Source of the DNA: Bispira polyomma
Taxonomy: Eukaryota
Direction: 5' to 3'
Length of the DNA stretch: 64,000 nt
Assembly (NCBI GenBank): GCA_965649765.1
Contig: OZ287750.1
Location: 63,054,001 to 63,118,000 of the forward strand
The stretch's first letter is position 1. The number at the start of each line of letters is the position of its first letter. Positions 13,201 through 25,799 of this stretch are shown piece after piece. A program made the position numbers and the translations under genes. The notes below the pieces were generated by a model, which saw only the letters and a list, made by a program, of their open reading frames with translations, searched no databases and was not told the origin of the DNA.

Positions 13201-16200
13201 TTTGTATGTCACCACCATAAATCACAAAGAACAATGTTTCTACTGCTACTTTATTGTTAGAACTGATGATTCAAAAAGTAGTACATGTATCAGTACAGCA
13301 TATAATATGGAAAAGTAGAAGTATTAATAGGACAAAATATTATAGTCAATCTGACTTTGTGGGCTAAACAAGGCCACAAATACAAACAAATTTAAGTGGC
13401 ACGGTGGTGCAGTAAACACACTATCCCCTCGTTCTAATAAATATTAAACTTAAAGTGTTTTTATTTACAATTCCAACCCTTTAAATTATTTGTTGTAAAA
13501 CCATTTGGTTTGTTTGATTGGTTTCTTTGTTTGATTAAATAAGAAGAGGTAACACATTTTGCTGATGAGTTAGTAAATTAAAGGGGCCAGCTGATAAAGA
13601 CTAGTATTTAGCTGTAGCCTATTTGGTTGGGTTTGACATTAAAGCAAAATTATCCATCAAAACTTTTCAATTCTCTATGATCTCAAATAGTACAAATAGG
13701 AAACGTTTTTGACTGTATTGTAAAACTTGAGATTTTTAATAATAATTAGAATTCTAAAGCACAATGGTCTGAATTTGAACCAGAAACTACGTTTAACTGG
13801 GTACTGTTATATTAATCCACAGATCACCTTACAATACAAAACCTGAAACTAAACATCTAACATGTTTGTAATGAATGTGTTAAAATCACAGTTTATACTA
13901 TTTGAAGAATGAATAACATAGTTTAGGTAAAGTTACAACTGGTATATGCATTTTATGGTACTTTTCATTTTAACTTTGTGAAACGTTACCAATGAACTAA
14001 CTGGTTACCTGTTTCAGCAGTAAAGAGATAAGTCATTATATGATGGGCAACATTGATATTGTCTACGTGTGGCTTTGATGCAATGATATGGTAATCTTGG
14101 TCACTGGGCAGTGCAAATGCCATGCACATATAGGTGGTGTCCTTGGCAGGTACTGCAGTGGGTGGAAATATGTAGGCCTCGGAGAATACATCTTAAAAAG
14201 ATCCAAAACATTTTTTATCTAATTTGATATGTAACATAATTTGTTGCTATTTTTGTTTTATTTTTCACGAGATTGTTTTTTTTATTATTGAGTTTTCAAA
14301 TTCTAATGTTGAAGTTATATCATCTGCATATTGAATCAAACATAATCTTTTATCAAAGATTTGAATTCCTGTTATTATATCACTTTGTCTAATTTTCAAT
14401 TGACAAGAATTTTTCAGCTAAAATAAATAGAAATGCTGATACGGCACAGCCTTGTCTTACACCTCTACTCAAAAGTGTTACTATGGAAATCCAGCCATAA
14501 TTTTTTTTCAAAAACATGCTTGATTATATAAAATTTCAATCCAACTGATAAAATTTTTGCCAAATCCAAATTTTTTTAGACAACAAAACATCAGATACCA
14601 GTTAAGTTTGTCAAAAGCTTTCTCAAAATTTAAGCACATTATTGCTCCTGGTTTTTTTAATGTCTCACAATATTCATGTCATCATTAATTAATCTTGCGT
14701 TTATTCCAATATATCCGTTCTTTATATATCCACTTCAGTCATGTGATATAAGTTTTAAAATAACTTTTTGAAGACACTTAGCTAGGACAAATGTCAGAAC
14801 TTTATAATTACAATTTGTTAAACTAATTGGTCGATAATTTTAAGTAGTCATCTGTCACCTTGACGAAATTGTTGAATGGTTTGATCTTTTGAAGATCTGG
14901 ACATTTAGATCTGGCAATTGACAGGATTGTTGAATGGTTTGATCTTGTGAAGATCTGGACATTTAGCTCAAAAGAAAAACTGGTAACAAAAATTACCTGA
15001 AATATGAGGGAAAAAGTTACTGCTAATTCAGATGCAAAAAAAAGTTTGTGTTTACTAATTTTTGGCGGGTTCATTCTTCATGCCACTTTTATAAACTTTT
15101 GAAAACCTGTTTGTTATATTTGGTTTGAATATGATAAAAAACAACAAAGAATGCAATTTTTGATAAAAGCAATCACTCACCATCATCGTTAGTGGCATCA
15201 CAGACAAACTCTGGATCAGTGCAGTCAATTTCCCAATCATTAAGTGATTGGCAGAGTGTACTGTTAATTGGTTCACACACACCTACAAACATGTGCTAAA
15301 ATAAACATTGTGAAAAAACACGAAAGACAGTCTATTACATTTTTAGTACAACCCACATGATGCAGTATGGCCACTGTAATTGACAGAAATCATGCAGGTA
15401 ATTTTGAACTGTATTAAATATGCTACCTTTGTGACTGCAGTGCTAATAACCACCAATCAAACTTTCCATGTCATACATAAATGGACATCACTGCAGTCAA
15501 ATATAAACAGTAAATGTGAAATGTAATTGTATGTCTTCATTAATTGGTCAAGTCTAACACGTTTACAATGTTTGGCAAATCTTTAACCTCTGCTTTCATT
15601 TGTCTGTTATTGCCAAGAAAGTTTATATTGTTTTTTTAAGTTTATGTAAATTAGACATGTAAACATACACATTGTATCACATATTGAAAATAAAAAAGAC
15701 ACTGTTAAATTTTAAATCTGAATATGGTAATGAAGCTCTAACCTGGATGTGACATAGCCGGGTTCACATGTAAGCCCTGACCCTTTATCCAGACACACTC
15801 TGGATCTCCTAGTTCTTCTCCATTGGTTTTACCATCTCCATCTGAGTCTTTCCTACAGAGGGTTTCATCCCACTCCTACAGAATATTAATATTACCCATT
15901 TAATTAAATGTAAACATGTACTGGTGTTCCAATCTTATCAGGTTAATGATTGTATTTTATTTTACAAAATGTAACTTTGTTTTTATGCCACTAGTGACAT
16001 TCATTGTGTTACACAAAAACAAAAAACAGAAAAACTGATCTATTACCACATTACTGGACCTTAAGTAATTATATACAAAAGCCTTTTCGAAATACCTTGA
16101 GATTTAATGATCTTTAGTTTCAGTAAAATCCCTTTTTTACTTATTATAACATAAAGGATTATATAGGAAGTTACCAAGGTGAGAGGCTGAATGTAAAGTC

Positions 16201-18111
16201 AAGGTCGCATGTGACTGACCTTGACATAATGTAAAAGAAAGGTTTGGGGTTATTTATTTTACATTGAGTCACAAAGATCATACCTTCTTTTATATTCTCA
16301 TTATCTTCACCAACATTTTATTTTTAAATATTTAATCAAATAATATTTTTTATTAATGTGAAAGTAATCTATCCTGACAACAAAATGATTAATTTAGGGA
16401 TATTCACTGTTTTTATAAAATTTTACAATGCAAAATTAATATACCATCTATAATAACTGATCATTAATTAATTTGAACAACACACAGCTTTATAGAAATT
16501 TGGAAAGGAATCTCTATTGACTAGACAATAACAGAGGTATTCAGGTTTGGAAAATGTATTGTACATTGACGTCACACAGATCATACCTTCTTTTATATTC
16601 TTATTATCTGTTGACCAACATTTTAAATTTAAAGGTCTAATTAATTATTGGTTTTCAATAATGTAATCTATTTTGACAACAAAATAATTAATTTAAGGAT
16701 ATTTACCATTTTGCCAAGCATTTATAAAATTTCACAATGCAATATTAATATAGCATCCATAATAACTGATTATTAATCAATTTGAACAACACACAGCTTC
16801 ATAGAGGTTTGGAAAGGAATCTCCATTGACTAGGCAATAACAGAGGAATTCTTAAGGAGAAAGTAACATATGGACATTATAGAATTATTGACAACTGACA
16901 TCAAGAGCCAATCCCCAGCCATATATATTGGGCTATACCTTACTTTTCACATAAGCTAATAGACAAATATAAATATAACCGGGCAAACAATTTACATTCT
17001 CTGATATTAAAGTTAACTATTAAAATATTTGTATGAATAGTTTCCACCACTGAGCATTCAAAAGGAAATCATTTTCATCTTTTATATCTGGCCTGCATAG
17101 TTTTTAAATTCTATCATTTGACTGAACCAGGTAGTATCTGCCCAATACAATTTTAAGAGGTAGGGTACCAATTATTATTTGACAACATAAGGTTGTTGAT
17201 ACTATAGATCAGTTATCAGTCTTATTTATTTTTTAACATAGGGCTTTATTTATATAAAGATAACACAAACATGGGCCATTTAAAAATTTAAATTAAACTT
17301 TTTTTAACTCTGTAAGTATATAGTTTGGGTAATTGCCTTAACAATATATTGTGTAATAATTATGAACACCCTCTGCACTCTCAGCTGCTTATTTTTAATA
17401 AAATTTGCAATTATATATAAGTTTGTTCAGATTTGTAAAATGTAGTTTCATCTTGCATTAGGGTGATAAAGTATTATCATTTGCAATTATATAAAAGCTT
17501 GTTCACATTTGTAAAATGTAGTTTCATATTGCATTAGGGTGGTAAAGCATTATCATTTTATCACCCTGGTGATTACTGTGCAACCCGCCCTAGAGAAGGG
17601 CATAATTGTCCGAGGTTTAGTACATACCAAAATAGGTTTGGTCTAGAGTATTATTTTGTATCCGGATACTGAAGACTACCACTGATTTTAAAACATAATC
17701 CACATATTGTTGCACATCAATCAATTATTATAGTAAATTCATCCACACAGATTCAACCATTATTATCACAGGTAACAACTTTAGTGACACAAGTAAAGTG
17801 AAAAGCGCCTATATCTTGCAATGGAAAAGCTTAGTTCTTTTAAATAACATTAAAGATACAAACTTGCTTCCACAAGTAATAAAAGTTATTTTACATTCTG
17901 TATTACCTACCCTTCCGTTGTCATTAAAATCCACTCCAAATGGGTTTCTGGCTCCTCCTCCCAGTACATTCTTGTGACCCACTCCTCTCCAGATAGCGGC
18001 AGGTCGACAGGGATGTGGTACTAACTCACCATTAGGAATATAACCACGGAACTGTGGGAAGGCATTGGAGCCACACAGAAATACGCAGAACAAGAACTGC
18101 AAGCCTTGCAT
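1260..18111 (-). CDS. Secreted temptin-domain + DBH/MOXD-like copper type II ascorbate-dependent monooxygenase, copy A (coding exons 1-10; last exons probably lie left of the window)
   Basis: Hand-spliced GT-AG exons with matching phases: 17911-18111, 15743-15875, 15181-15282, 14009-14191, 12988-13151, 9756-9835, 3168-3331, 1641-1737, 1449-1540, 1260-1357. Signal peptide MQGLQFLFCVFLCGSNA. Temptin-like motifs IPNG..VPHPC...WRGVGH..GGGARNPFG and LCRKDSDGDGKTNGEELGDPECVW. Monooxygenase motifs TTYMCM, VAHHIM (CuH), EMHWTN (CuH), YPHMHYAG (CuM), EEMC..FAYYP (CuM Met). No stop or frameshift across about 438 codons. Confidence 0.92.
2540..2915. repeat. 45-bp minisatellite, about 8 units, intron 7 of copy A
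   Basis: Unit gaagttaggagaggtggttatattaataatgaatacacagagact. It explains the repetitive ORFs (EVRRGGYINNEYTET)n. Confidence 0.95.
3344..8758 (+). mobile_element. DIRS1-type tyrosine-recombinase retrotransposon (ORFs degraded, termini intact)
   Basis: Inverted terminal repeats at about 3344-3540 and 8549-8710. The internal complementary region at about 8415-8512 is complementary to both the left end and the right extension. Starts and ends in TTT. RNase H remnant at about 6290-6480; YR remnants SSKRVYESRW, PIWDLSLVFLALTKHPYQP..KRKGELRAW and KAHD.RAMTASLAF at 6790-7600. Absent at the orthologous site of copy B (56362-56400). Confidence 0.92.
8925..9650. repeat. About 29-33-bp minisatellite with palindromic core, intron 6 of copy A
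   Basis: Consensus gtacagtatcactgtatatagagagattcct, about 23 variant units. Confidence 0.95.
10160..12790 (-). mobile_element. 5'-truncated degenerate L1/Tx1-like LINE (RT + 3' end), intron 5 of copy A
   Basis: Minus strand gives VDFEKAFDSVEW, GIRQECSLSALLFLLVAEILA and CQMADDT, with many stops. A-rich tail at about 10160-10215. Boundaries approximate. Confidence 0.85.
14290..14830 (-). mobile_element. L1/Tx1-like RT fragment, intron 3 (shared with copy B 63480-64000)
   Basis: Minus strand FEKAFDKLNW and RGVRQGCAVSAFLFIL motifs. Homologous copy at the same intron position in copy B. Confidence 0.8.
16260..16850. repeat. About 300-bp direct tandem duplication in intron 1 of copy A
   Basis: The block tacattga.tcaca.agatcataccttctttt...caataacagagg starts at about 16260 and again at about 16562. 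Confidence 0.85.
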
Positions 18112-19389
18112 TATCTACACAGAAGATAATTTTAGAATATACTTAAAACAGACCCGTGATTTTACATGATATATGGATGATAAATTAGTTAATAACTTCA
18201 CAAATCATACATGACCTCAAATTACTGAATAATGATAAATAATACTGATAATAGTGGTTATAGACTTAATGTCCTAGTAATGAAAATATTTTATCACAAA
18301 ATATTACCATGTTTCTCTTTTTCATAAATAAGGTGCCATGTGTATGTATATATATACACTGTTTCATTTGATATCATAGGAATATACAAGCTTATATATG
18401 CTTGCATTTACACATTCAAGAAGTTGAGACAATGAAAACATCTGGCGAACTAATGACCAAGGAATAATCATTTGTTAAAATCTTTGAGGCACAACTTGAC
18501 ATATCATTTGTTAGTTCTGAAATTAAATATGAACAGTTTTCCATTTGCACTATAAGTAGTTAATTGTATTTTAATTCTCTGACCAGTCTTGTTGTGTGTT
18601 CTGTGCTCTCTATTATCAAAACCATCAGCTAGAAAACTCCAATTACAGAACTACATAAGACATGTTTATAATTTTTAGGTAGATAGATATTAAATATTTA
18701 CTATTTGACAGTTGTAAATATTCTTTTGATATAGGATCAGTGCCCTTGAGTGACCTTGGCTATGATGATAACACATAATAAATAGACACAGTTATAATTT
18801 TTGTTTTGTGATGATATTTATTTAGTTCTCTGGGTTATTTACAATAATAACAATGTTACAAAAATCTATACATGGTCTAACATGTTACAGTACGAGAATA
18901 CAAAAACATACAAACAATGTATCAGAATAAACTTTACTTCAAAATAAGTAACTCCAGCAGTGATACGATGACAAAGACATTTGTACAGGATATTGTTAAT
19001 TTTTTTTAATCACATAATCTTTGGGTCTTGGTAATGTAAAAAAAAACAGGTGGTTGAATTATGGTAGAATAAGGGCTTTAGTTACATTGATTTTCCCAAG
19101 AGGAGTGAGATATCGCTTCTTCTAAGGAGATATTTGGTTACTTAGACTTTCAATGATAGGGTTATAGTTAAGATCACTTACACTTTACAGGTCAACAGAA
19201 AAATTCATACCTTGAATTCACTTATCCCCATGCTAAGGGTTTTGTTTTAAATTTACAGTTTGAATGCTTCTTTTTACCTATCCAGATAATCTGAATCTTG
19301 TCAGTTTACTTGTAAACCATAGATCTATCATAGATCACTAGTGTATTCAGTGCCACCAGGAGGGCACTTTCCTGAAGGGAACCATCTAT

Positions 19390-20690
19390 GCCAAGGTTTT
19401 TTTTCCATTTTTCATTGATTTTAGGGCTTCATTAAGTTTATTTTCCCTTAATGGTCCTTTTAGTTTGAGAGATTCTTTGTCGCTCAGTTTTACTGAGCTT
19501 AGACCTTTTAAGTTGTTTTCTACATCTGACCAAGAGTATGATTCTCTCCCGAAATAGGTTTTTATAGAAATCTCTACTTTTATTCAGGAATTCCTTTTGG
19601 TCTATTATAATCTGCTCATTCTCTTTTTTTAATCGTCAAACAGTTTTTCAATATATTTTTGATGTTCGAGGAACATGGTTTTTTCCCTTCTTTTAGCTAA
19701 CTGAGCCTTAATCTTATTTTTATCCCATTCAATTTAATATTCCGTAATTCTTTCAGATCATTTTTTTTTGTATTAACAAAACCATTTCAGAGTTTTTTTT
19801 CATTCTGCTCAAGCGATTCAATTTCGAACATTAGCATTTTTCCATTATTGCATCAGTCTTTCTGAGAAAGGATACAATTTTTCTGGTTTCGCCCCTTATC
19901 ATTAGTAGTAATGTTTTTGGAAAAACATCATTGGGTATTGTGAATTAGAGTTCCTCCTTTGGAATATTCTTAAGGTTATTAAAATTTTAGACAGGAAGTG
20001 CATATTTTGCAGCTTTGTTATCAATTAGTAGATTAATCATATTTAAATATTATTTATTTTTCAAGAGAGAGCAATTAAATTTACGAGTGCCTTTCCCCCT
20101 TTTAAATTAATTCAGCAACAATTTTAGTTCTATAATTAAATGGTCTGATCTATATCCTAGTTTGACATTGCAGTCTGTTACATAGTCCATTAAAGCATTT
20201 GATCCGATAAAATAGTCCAGGCGAGCCTGCTTAACTGGGATTCTTTGATGCCACGTTTTTCCCTTTAAATCCGGATAGAAATATCTAAATATGTTTTTTC
20301 AGTTTTCTTCGCTAAGCAATAAGCACAATAGGTTGCGTGAGCAAGGGTTGTTTATGTATTTATAGTTGTGTAAGTTCTGGATCCAACATTAGGTACATAT
20401 CACCACATATTAGGGTGTAGTCTTGGTCATTATTTTGTACAATCTTGCTTACATATTCAAAGAAAACTGGTGGTTCTGTACTTGGTGCATTTACATTTAT
20501 AAGTTTAATTTTCATGTCAATTACCCTAATGTCCATCCAGTTTTCTGAGGTGTCACAATGTATATTGCTGATACTATGTTCAAATGTGTTACTTGTTAGT
20601 ATAGCTACACCTCTTGAATTGGTTTTACTTCCATTATTATAGCATTGGTCTTTCCAAATGCTTCTTTTTGATTTTTCAGCTTCTATTTAA
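19390..20690 (-). mobile_element. L1/Tx1-like LINE fragment (APE endonuclease region)
   Basis: Minus strand SNSRGVAILVSNTFEH, INVNAPSTEPPVFF, KQARLDYFI and GYRSDH, all L1-type endonuclease motifs; multiple stops. Confidence 0.8.
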
Positions 20691-20699
20691 AAGGATCTA

Positions 20700-20852
20700 A
20701 ACAAATTGCAATGCATACAGAATTCATTGGGGCGTCTGCTCGGCTTTCACATGCCTCACCAATTCTAAAATCACTCCACTGGTTTCCTGTTAGGTATCAA
20801 TAGTGTACAAGTTTTTTGATTCGGGTTTGCCTGAATACTTTGAACCGCACTT
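20700..20852 (+). mobile_element. Short L2-like fragment, cut off at 20852
   Basis: Similar to 460-643 (caattctaaaatcactccactgg...tcgggtttgcctgaatact). Similarity stops abruptly before AGTAGT at 20853. Confidence 0.75.
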
Positions 20853-21159
20853 AGTAGTTTAATATGTCCATCCATTTGTTATGATCCCTTATACCTTGGC
20901 AGTTCGCTGACAACACTAATAGCTTATTTCCTGTCATTTGTACAATGTAGTACCCACTCTAAGCAGCACTTAATCACTTGATCATATTTTAAAATTTTTA
21001 TATTTACTTTACCGTATATCTTTTTTTAAATGTATATGCAAACTGATATTTGTACTATAAGAGGTAATGATCTGGACTCCTTTTTTAGTCTTGCACATTT
21101 GGACACTACTATACGCATGCGCAGAGCACACAGAGTCACAAGCCCATATCGCGGCCTGC

Positions 21160-21275
21160 CCCTTTAACCCTAACTCTACCTTAACCCTAACTATAAACCC
21201 CTAAAGCCTAAACATACCTTAACCCTAAACCCCCCTAACCCTAAAGCCCTACCCCCTCTATCACTAACCCTTAAA
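21160..21275. repeat. Degenerate telomere-like (CCCTAA)n tract
   Basis: About 8 imperfect taaccctaa/cccctaa units in about 115 bp. Confidence 0.75.
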
Positions 21276-21878
21276 ACAAGTTCGGGTTATCCAGGAGAAT
21301 AAATCAATACCTCTACAACTACATTGATAATAAAGAAAACAACAAAGTACTTCAAACATTTTTCTTTGTTAAAATCATATGTACACAAGTCGAAAGTAGA
21401 AATGAATAAATTCATGATATATACATGAACAGATAATTTAGTAATACCTCAATAAATTAACCTAAATAAAGGCATTATACACAATACATAACTAAACAAA
21501 TTACCCAATATTTTAAACATTATTTTACTACAATACACTAAAGAAAAGGCTAATAATATATATATATAAAGTGATCAAATTTAAATAATACATAGATAAT
21601 ATTTTAATGTAACACATACAATAACATATGCCGTAATTAATATCTAAAACCAAATAAAAAAATGTAAAAAAAAAAATTGTCTTATGTCTCATGCAGAATT
21701 TCTATATAATGTTACTGCTTCAATTGAACTAATCATATCCAGGAAATGGCAAACACCACATTGATGTCTTTTATGTTCAGCTATTGCATCATCATAATAC
21801 TCCCATGAATCTAACTCTCTGCGACACCAGACACATCCTACTTTATCTTTGAAACCGGTATACTAAAACCCAAATTTT

Positions 21879-24346
21879 TTTTTCTGATTTTTAATTTTTT
21901 TTTAAACTGTATTATTTTACAATTTATCACATCAAGCAACATTTACATTATATTAGGCAACTTTTACAATATATTTGAATCACAACAATTCTGTATGCAT
22001 TAATGATATAAATACAGAAACATAACTTTTATTTAATTTTTGGTTTGTATCCTTTAATATAATTTCACAAACTTTGCACATTGTTTCACTGTACTCATTA
22101 TTTTTTTATTTTAAAAGATATACTTTACTTTCCATTCTCTTTCTTGGATGCCTGTAGAAAAGGTCTCTGAAATTAGATGTTCATTTTTGTCTTGATAAAT
22201 ATGTATATTGCTTTGCAAAAAGATTTATTAAATTAAATATCTGTAACTCTGTAACTATTTTTTTAATTAAATTCCAAAAGTACTTCAAGAACCGTAAAAT
22301 CATACTTTACATTCAGGACAACCGTCCAAATCTCTTTTATTACATTCCATATTTTATCAACTTCACAACAAAAAAATGTTCTATGGTGTCTATTATACTG
22401 CAATACGGCCAAAGAGGGCTGTCTATAATCTTTAATTTAGTCAAGTTATATTTACAGTTAACATATCTATAAATTATACTGTATTGTAAACTTTGTAAGC
22501 TTACATCAGAAGTAACTGTAGATGTCAGATTGTACACCACAGCCCAATCTATAGTCTCTAAAAAGGATAATATTCTACTCATTTGTTTTCCGCTGTTGGG
22601 ATAGTAACTTTAAAAGTTATAGATATATATATATTTTTTGTTGGTAACTTTAGATATGTTTAATTTTAAATGTGCAACATCAAATCTGGCTGGATTGTAT
22701 GAACATGATTTAGTTGTTTCAGTGTGGTTTTTCATGCCAAAGGTATTGCAGACAGTAGTGAGTTATGGGACAAGATTGATAAGTTTGATAACTTACAGTT
22801 ATATTCCCTTTCTATTTCCTCCTTCGTTTTGAATCTTGAATTGACTATTAATTTGTATAATTTTGAAATACCAGTTTTTACCAGGATATTAAAATTTGGT
22901 CAATAGGTTTTTTCCTAATCAATATATGTTTATTATATGCCAATTTTTCATTTAATATGTCTGTAGTGCTGTAGTTTCTTTTAGTGTTTACTGAAAAGAA
23001 ATCATACCAAGACTGCAGCCCCTGACCATAGAATTTTGATTGACAATGCAGCATCATAGAAGGAAACATCTTATGTTTAAGGATTTCACTATCAGTGATG
23101 CCTGCACAAGTATGATTTTGCTATTTGCTTTTGTATGGATTGGTACTATTGGTGAGAAATAGCCTCTTTACCCATATCGATTTAATGGATGATATCATAT
23201 TCTAAAAATCAACCATTTTTAAGCATCCTTGACATTTTTTATGAATAACAACTTGTCTTTTTACTTTCGGTCTTTTCTCTTTGCCGCACAAAAATTAAAA
23301 AAAAAAATTGTCAACTTTCTCAACAAAAGTATCTGGTACAAAAACCACATTACATACATTTATTATTAGGCATAACACCAATGTTTGAAGAATCATAACC
23401 TTTCCATATATAGTTAATTTTCTGCAGGACCAGATGTTCATAAGCTTTTTCATGTTGTCCAATTTATTTTCTAAATTTAATGCTACCATTTCACTTTCAT
23501 CTAAACTAAACCATGTACCTAGTGTTTTAAAACTACCAGATTTCCATTTAATTCCTAAATTACCGTCCTGAAACAAGGAAAAAATTACTGGGATAAATTT
23601 AGTCTTATCTTTATTTGTTTTTAACCCTGAACAGGCATAAAAGCTATCTAATAATGTTAAAACATTTTTTAGATAGTTTATATCTTCTAAATACAAGGTG
23701 GTGTCGTCTGCTAAGAAGGGAAAGGGTTATGTGTAAATTTGGCATTCATACCTTTATATAGTATATTCTGTAGTTCAGCTTTCCATATATCAGATTTGAA
23801 GTTAGTAATTTTCTTGTCAAGATGTTTCTGCACCTCAGGGTCTGGTTCACAGGATATGGTGAGAACACTAGCCTGGTCTTCAAAAAGGGATGCTATACTG
23901 ATCATCAAATAATTGTAGGGCTCACCATCCACTTTGAAGTCACATTTATAGTGGTTGGACAAAGGGCTACGCTTGCTGAAGAATGCAGTAATGCCTCCTC
24001 TGGTAGGGGTGCTTAGAATCTTGGGACAATACAGGGCTGGTAGGTCATTTATTCCATATAGTTTTCTCTCAAACAGTATTTTGTCTTCCTTCAATCTGAT
24101 ACCGCTGTCTAACTTTCCAGTTTCCTCGGAGATTTTTGCTTAGCCTTAAACACAGTAAATATATCTTTGTGTTTAGCACTAGCTTCTGCAGTAAGATCAT
24201 CAGCTATGGACCTACCATTCACCTGATTCAGGTTATTTCATACTTTGAAGAGCTGTTCTTTATCTTTTAGGTTGCAGAATCTGGCAATGACTACACATGT
24301 TTTATCCATACCTCTATTGCCTAAATAATGCACCTTTTCAAAAGTC
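21879..24346 (-). mobile_element. Internally deleted L1/Tx1-like LINE: ORF1(RRM-CTD)-NADAR fusion + RT C-half + 3' UTR + poly(A)
   Basis: TSD aaaccc(a/g)atttt pattern: aaacccaaatttt at 21866-21878 and aaacccagatttt at 24347-24359. Poly(A) at about 21879-21903 on the minus strand. RT motifs LADDTTLYL, CSGLKTNKDKT, FKTLGTWF, WSCRKLTIYGKVMIL and CSIIDTIEHFF. Confidence 0.88.
23711..24346 (-). pseudogene. LINE ORF1p C-terminal part fused to a NADAR (YbiA-like) domain
   Basis: TFEKVHYLG..VVIARFCNLKDKEQL..IADDLTAE..TVFKAK (L1 ORF1p RRM/CTD-like, one stop, one frameshift), then LKEDKILFERKLYGINDLP..ITAFFSKRSPLSNHYKCDFKVDGEPY..ASLFED..PDPEVQKHLDKKITNFKSDIW..ILYKGMNAKFTHNP, which follows the NADAR motif order. 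Confidence 0.82.
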
Positions 24347-25799
24347 AAACCCAGATTTTGCTAATTGTGCTGGTTCTAATCCCTCGAGGCCTGGCCATGA
24401 CCAAAAACTTGCTAATCTATTGTCATACTTCTTCATATCTTCCCAGTCATTGCATTGGTCACCACTCTTCATAACCATCTGGATGTAGTCACAGTATGGA
24501 TTGTTCTTCCGATGTATAGTCAGGGGCTCATCAAAATAATTCCATGACTGCATCATTAGTTTACACCATGCATAGATACATCTGTCTCCTGTTCTGGTGT
24601 ACTTGAACCCAGCTCTGCACACGTCATAAGGGCAAACACTTTTGGACCACGTCTGATAACTTTCCAACATGTTAGAATAGCTTTGAAAATCTAGCCAACC
24701 TATATACATATCACGATTAACTTCCTAACTTTTCAGATAAACAACTTTTTCTAATTGTCTAAAGCTCTAATTTCTTCCTTTTTGCCTCTGTCAGTGCCTT
24801 GACTAAACATTTGGGAGCTGCTACTGCATCACCTTCAATCGTCCATCTACAGTTTGTTTTTTCGGAGATGCCATTTACCACAAATCCAGCCACCTTGCAG
24901 GAGTTATTACTGAAGAGACCGCCGTCATTACAAGCCTCCTTCACATTCTGGTCATTTTTATAACTGGTTCTGCTATTGTCCTAGTTTTGTCTCTGTATGT
25001 AGACTTCAAATCTTAGTGAGGTCTCATAAGGCAAATATCACTTTTTATAAGTATAATCTGATGTTATAAATAAACATTACAACATATTTTACTATGTCAT
25101 TTCTAAATTTGACATTATTACATAATAGGTATGACATATGTATATATTTCCATGAGGCATCATGACACAAAATTGTCAAGGTCTGCTATATTACATCTGA
25201 GTCCTTGTCTAGAATCATCTATTACATCATAACATTAAAATTTCATGCTCTCCTCATCCAAAAATATCTATTGCATCACTTAATGACATCATTTTCAAAA
25301 TATGCACCTCAATATACTAATGCTCCTTTATGTCTCATTAAAAATGCAGGTAGATCCCAACAGTTGTACCACCATAGTAATTTCTTATTAGGATAACTTA
25401 TGCACATTAATGTGTAGGTAAGATATCCAGATAATAATTTCTATAATCAAAATAATCACTACAGATATTTTGCAATGATATTGGCTCAAGAAAGCTTTTA
25501 TAGCGAAACAATTCATTAATTATATAAATAGATTTTTAATGTGTGTACATGTAATTCTCTCTCCATGCTCTAAATTTAAACCATATTCATTAAAATCTTT
25601 TACACAATACCAGCTAACTCTGTTGTGATCAAAACAAAGACAAGGGAAATCAGGCCATTCACACTGTACTGGCGTAAAATTCATTTTTGTTCTTATCTTT
25701 ATAAAAGTGAAATCTTGTATGAAAAGGTATTTTAAATATGGCAACTTATACTAGTGAATGACATCATTCTTGATTACATAGCTACTATAGCCAATGTTG

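Larger units (their letters stand above)
21689..24709 (-). pseudogene. Intronless two-BIR inhibitor-of-apoptosis (IAP) pseudogene, split by a LINE insertion
   Basis: 5' part 24347-24709: BIR1 (RAGFKYTRTGDRCIYAWC..W..FDEPLTIH..NPYC) and start of BIR2 (RLASFWSWP..PAQLAKSGF). 3' part 21689-21865 continues *YTGFKDKVGCVWCRRELDSWEYYDDAIAEHKRHQCGVCHF. No RING domain seen. Confidence 0.88.
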
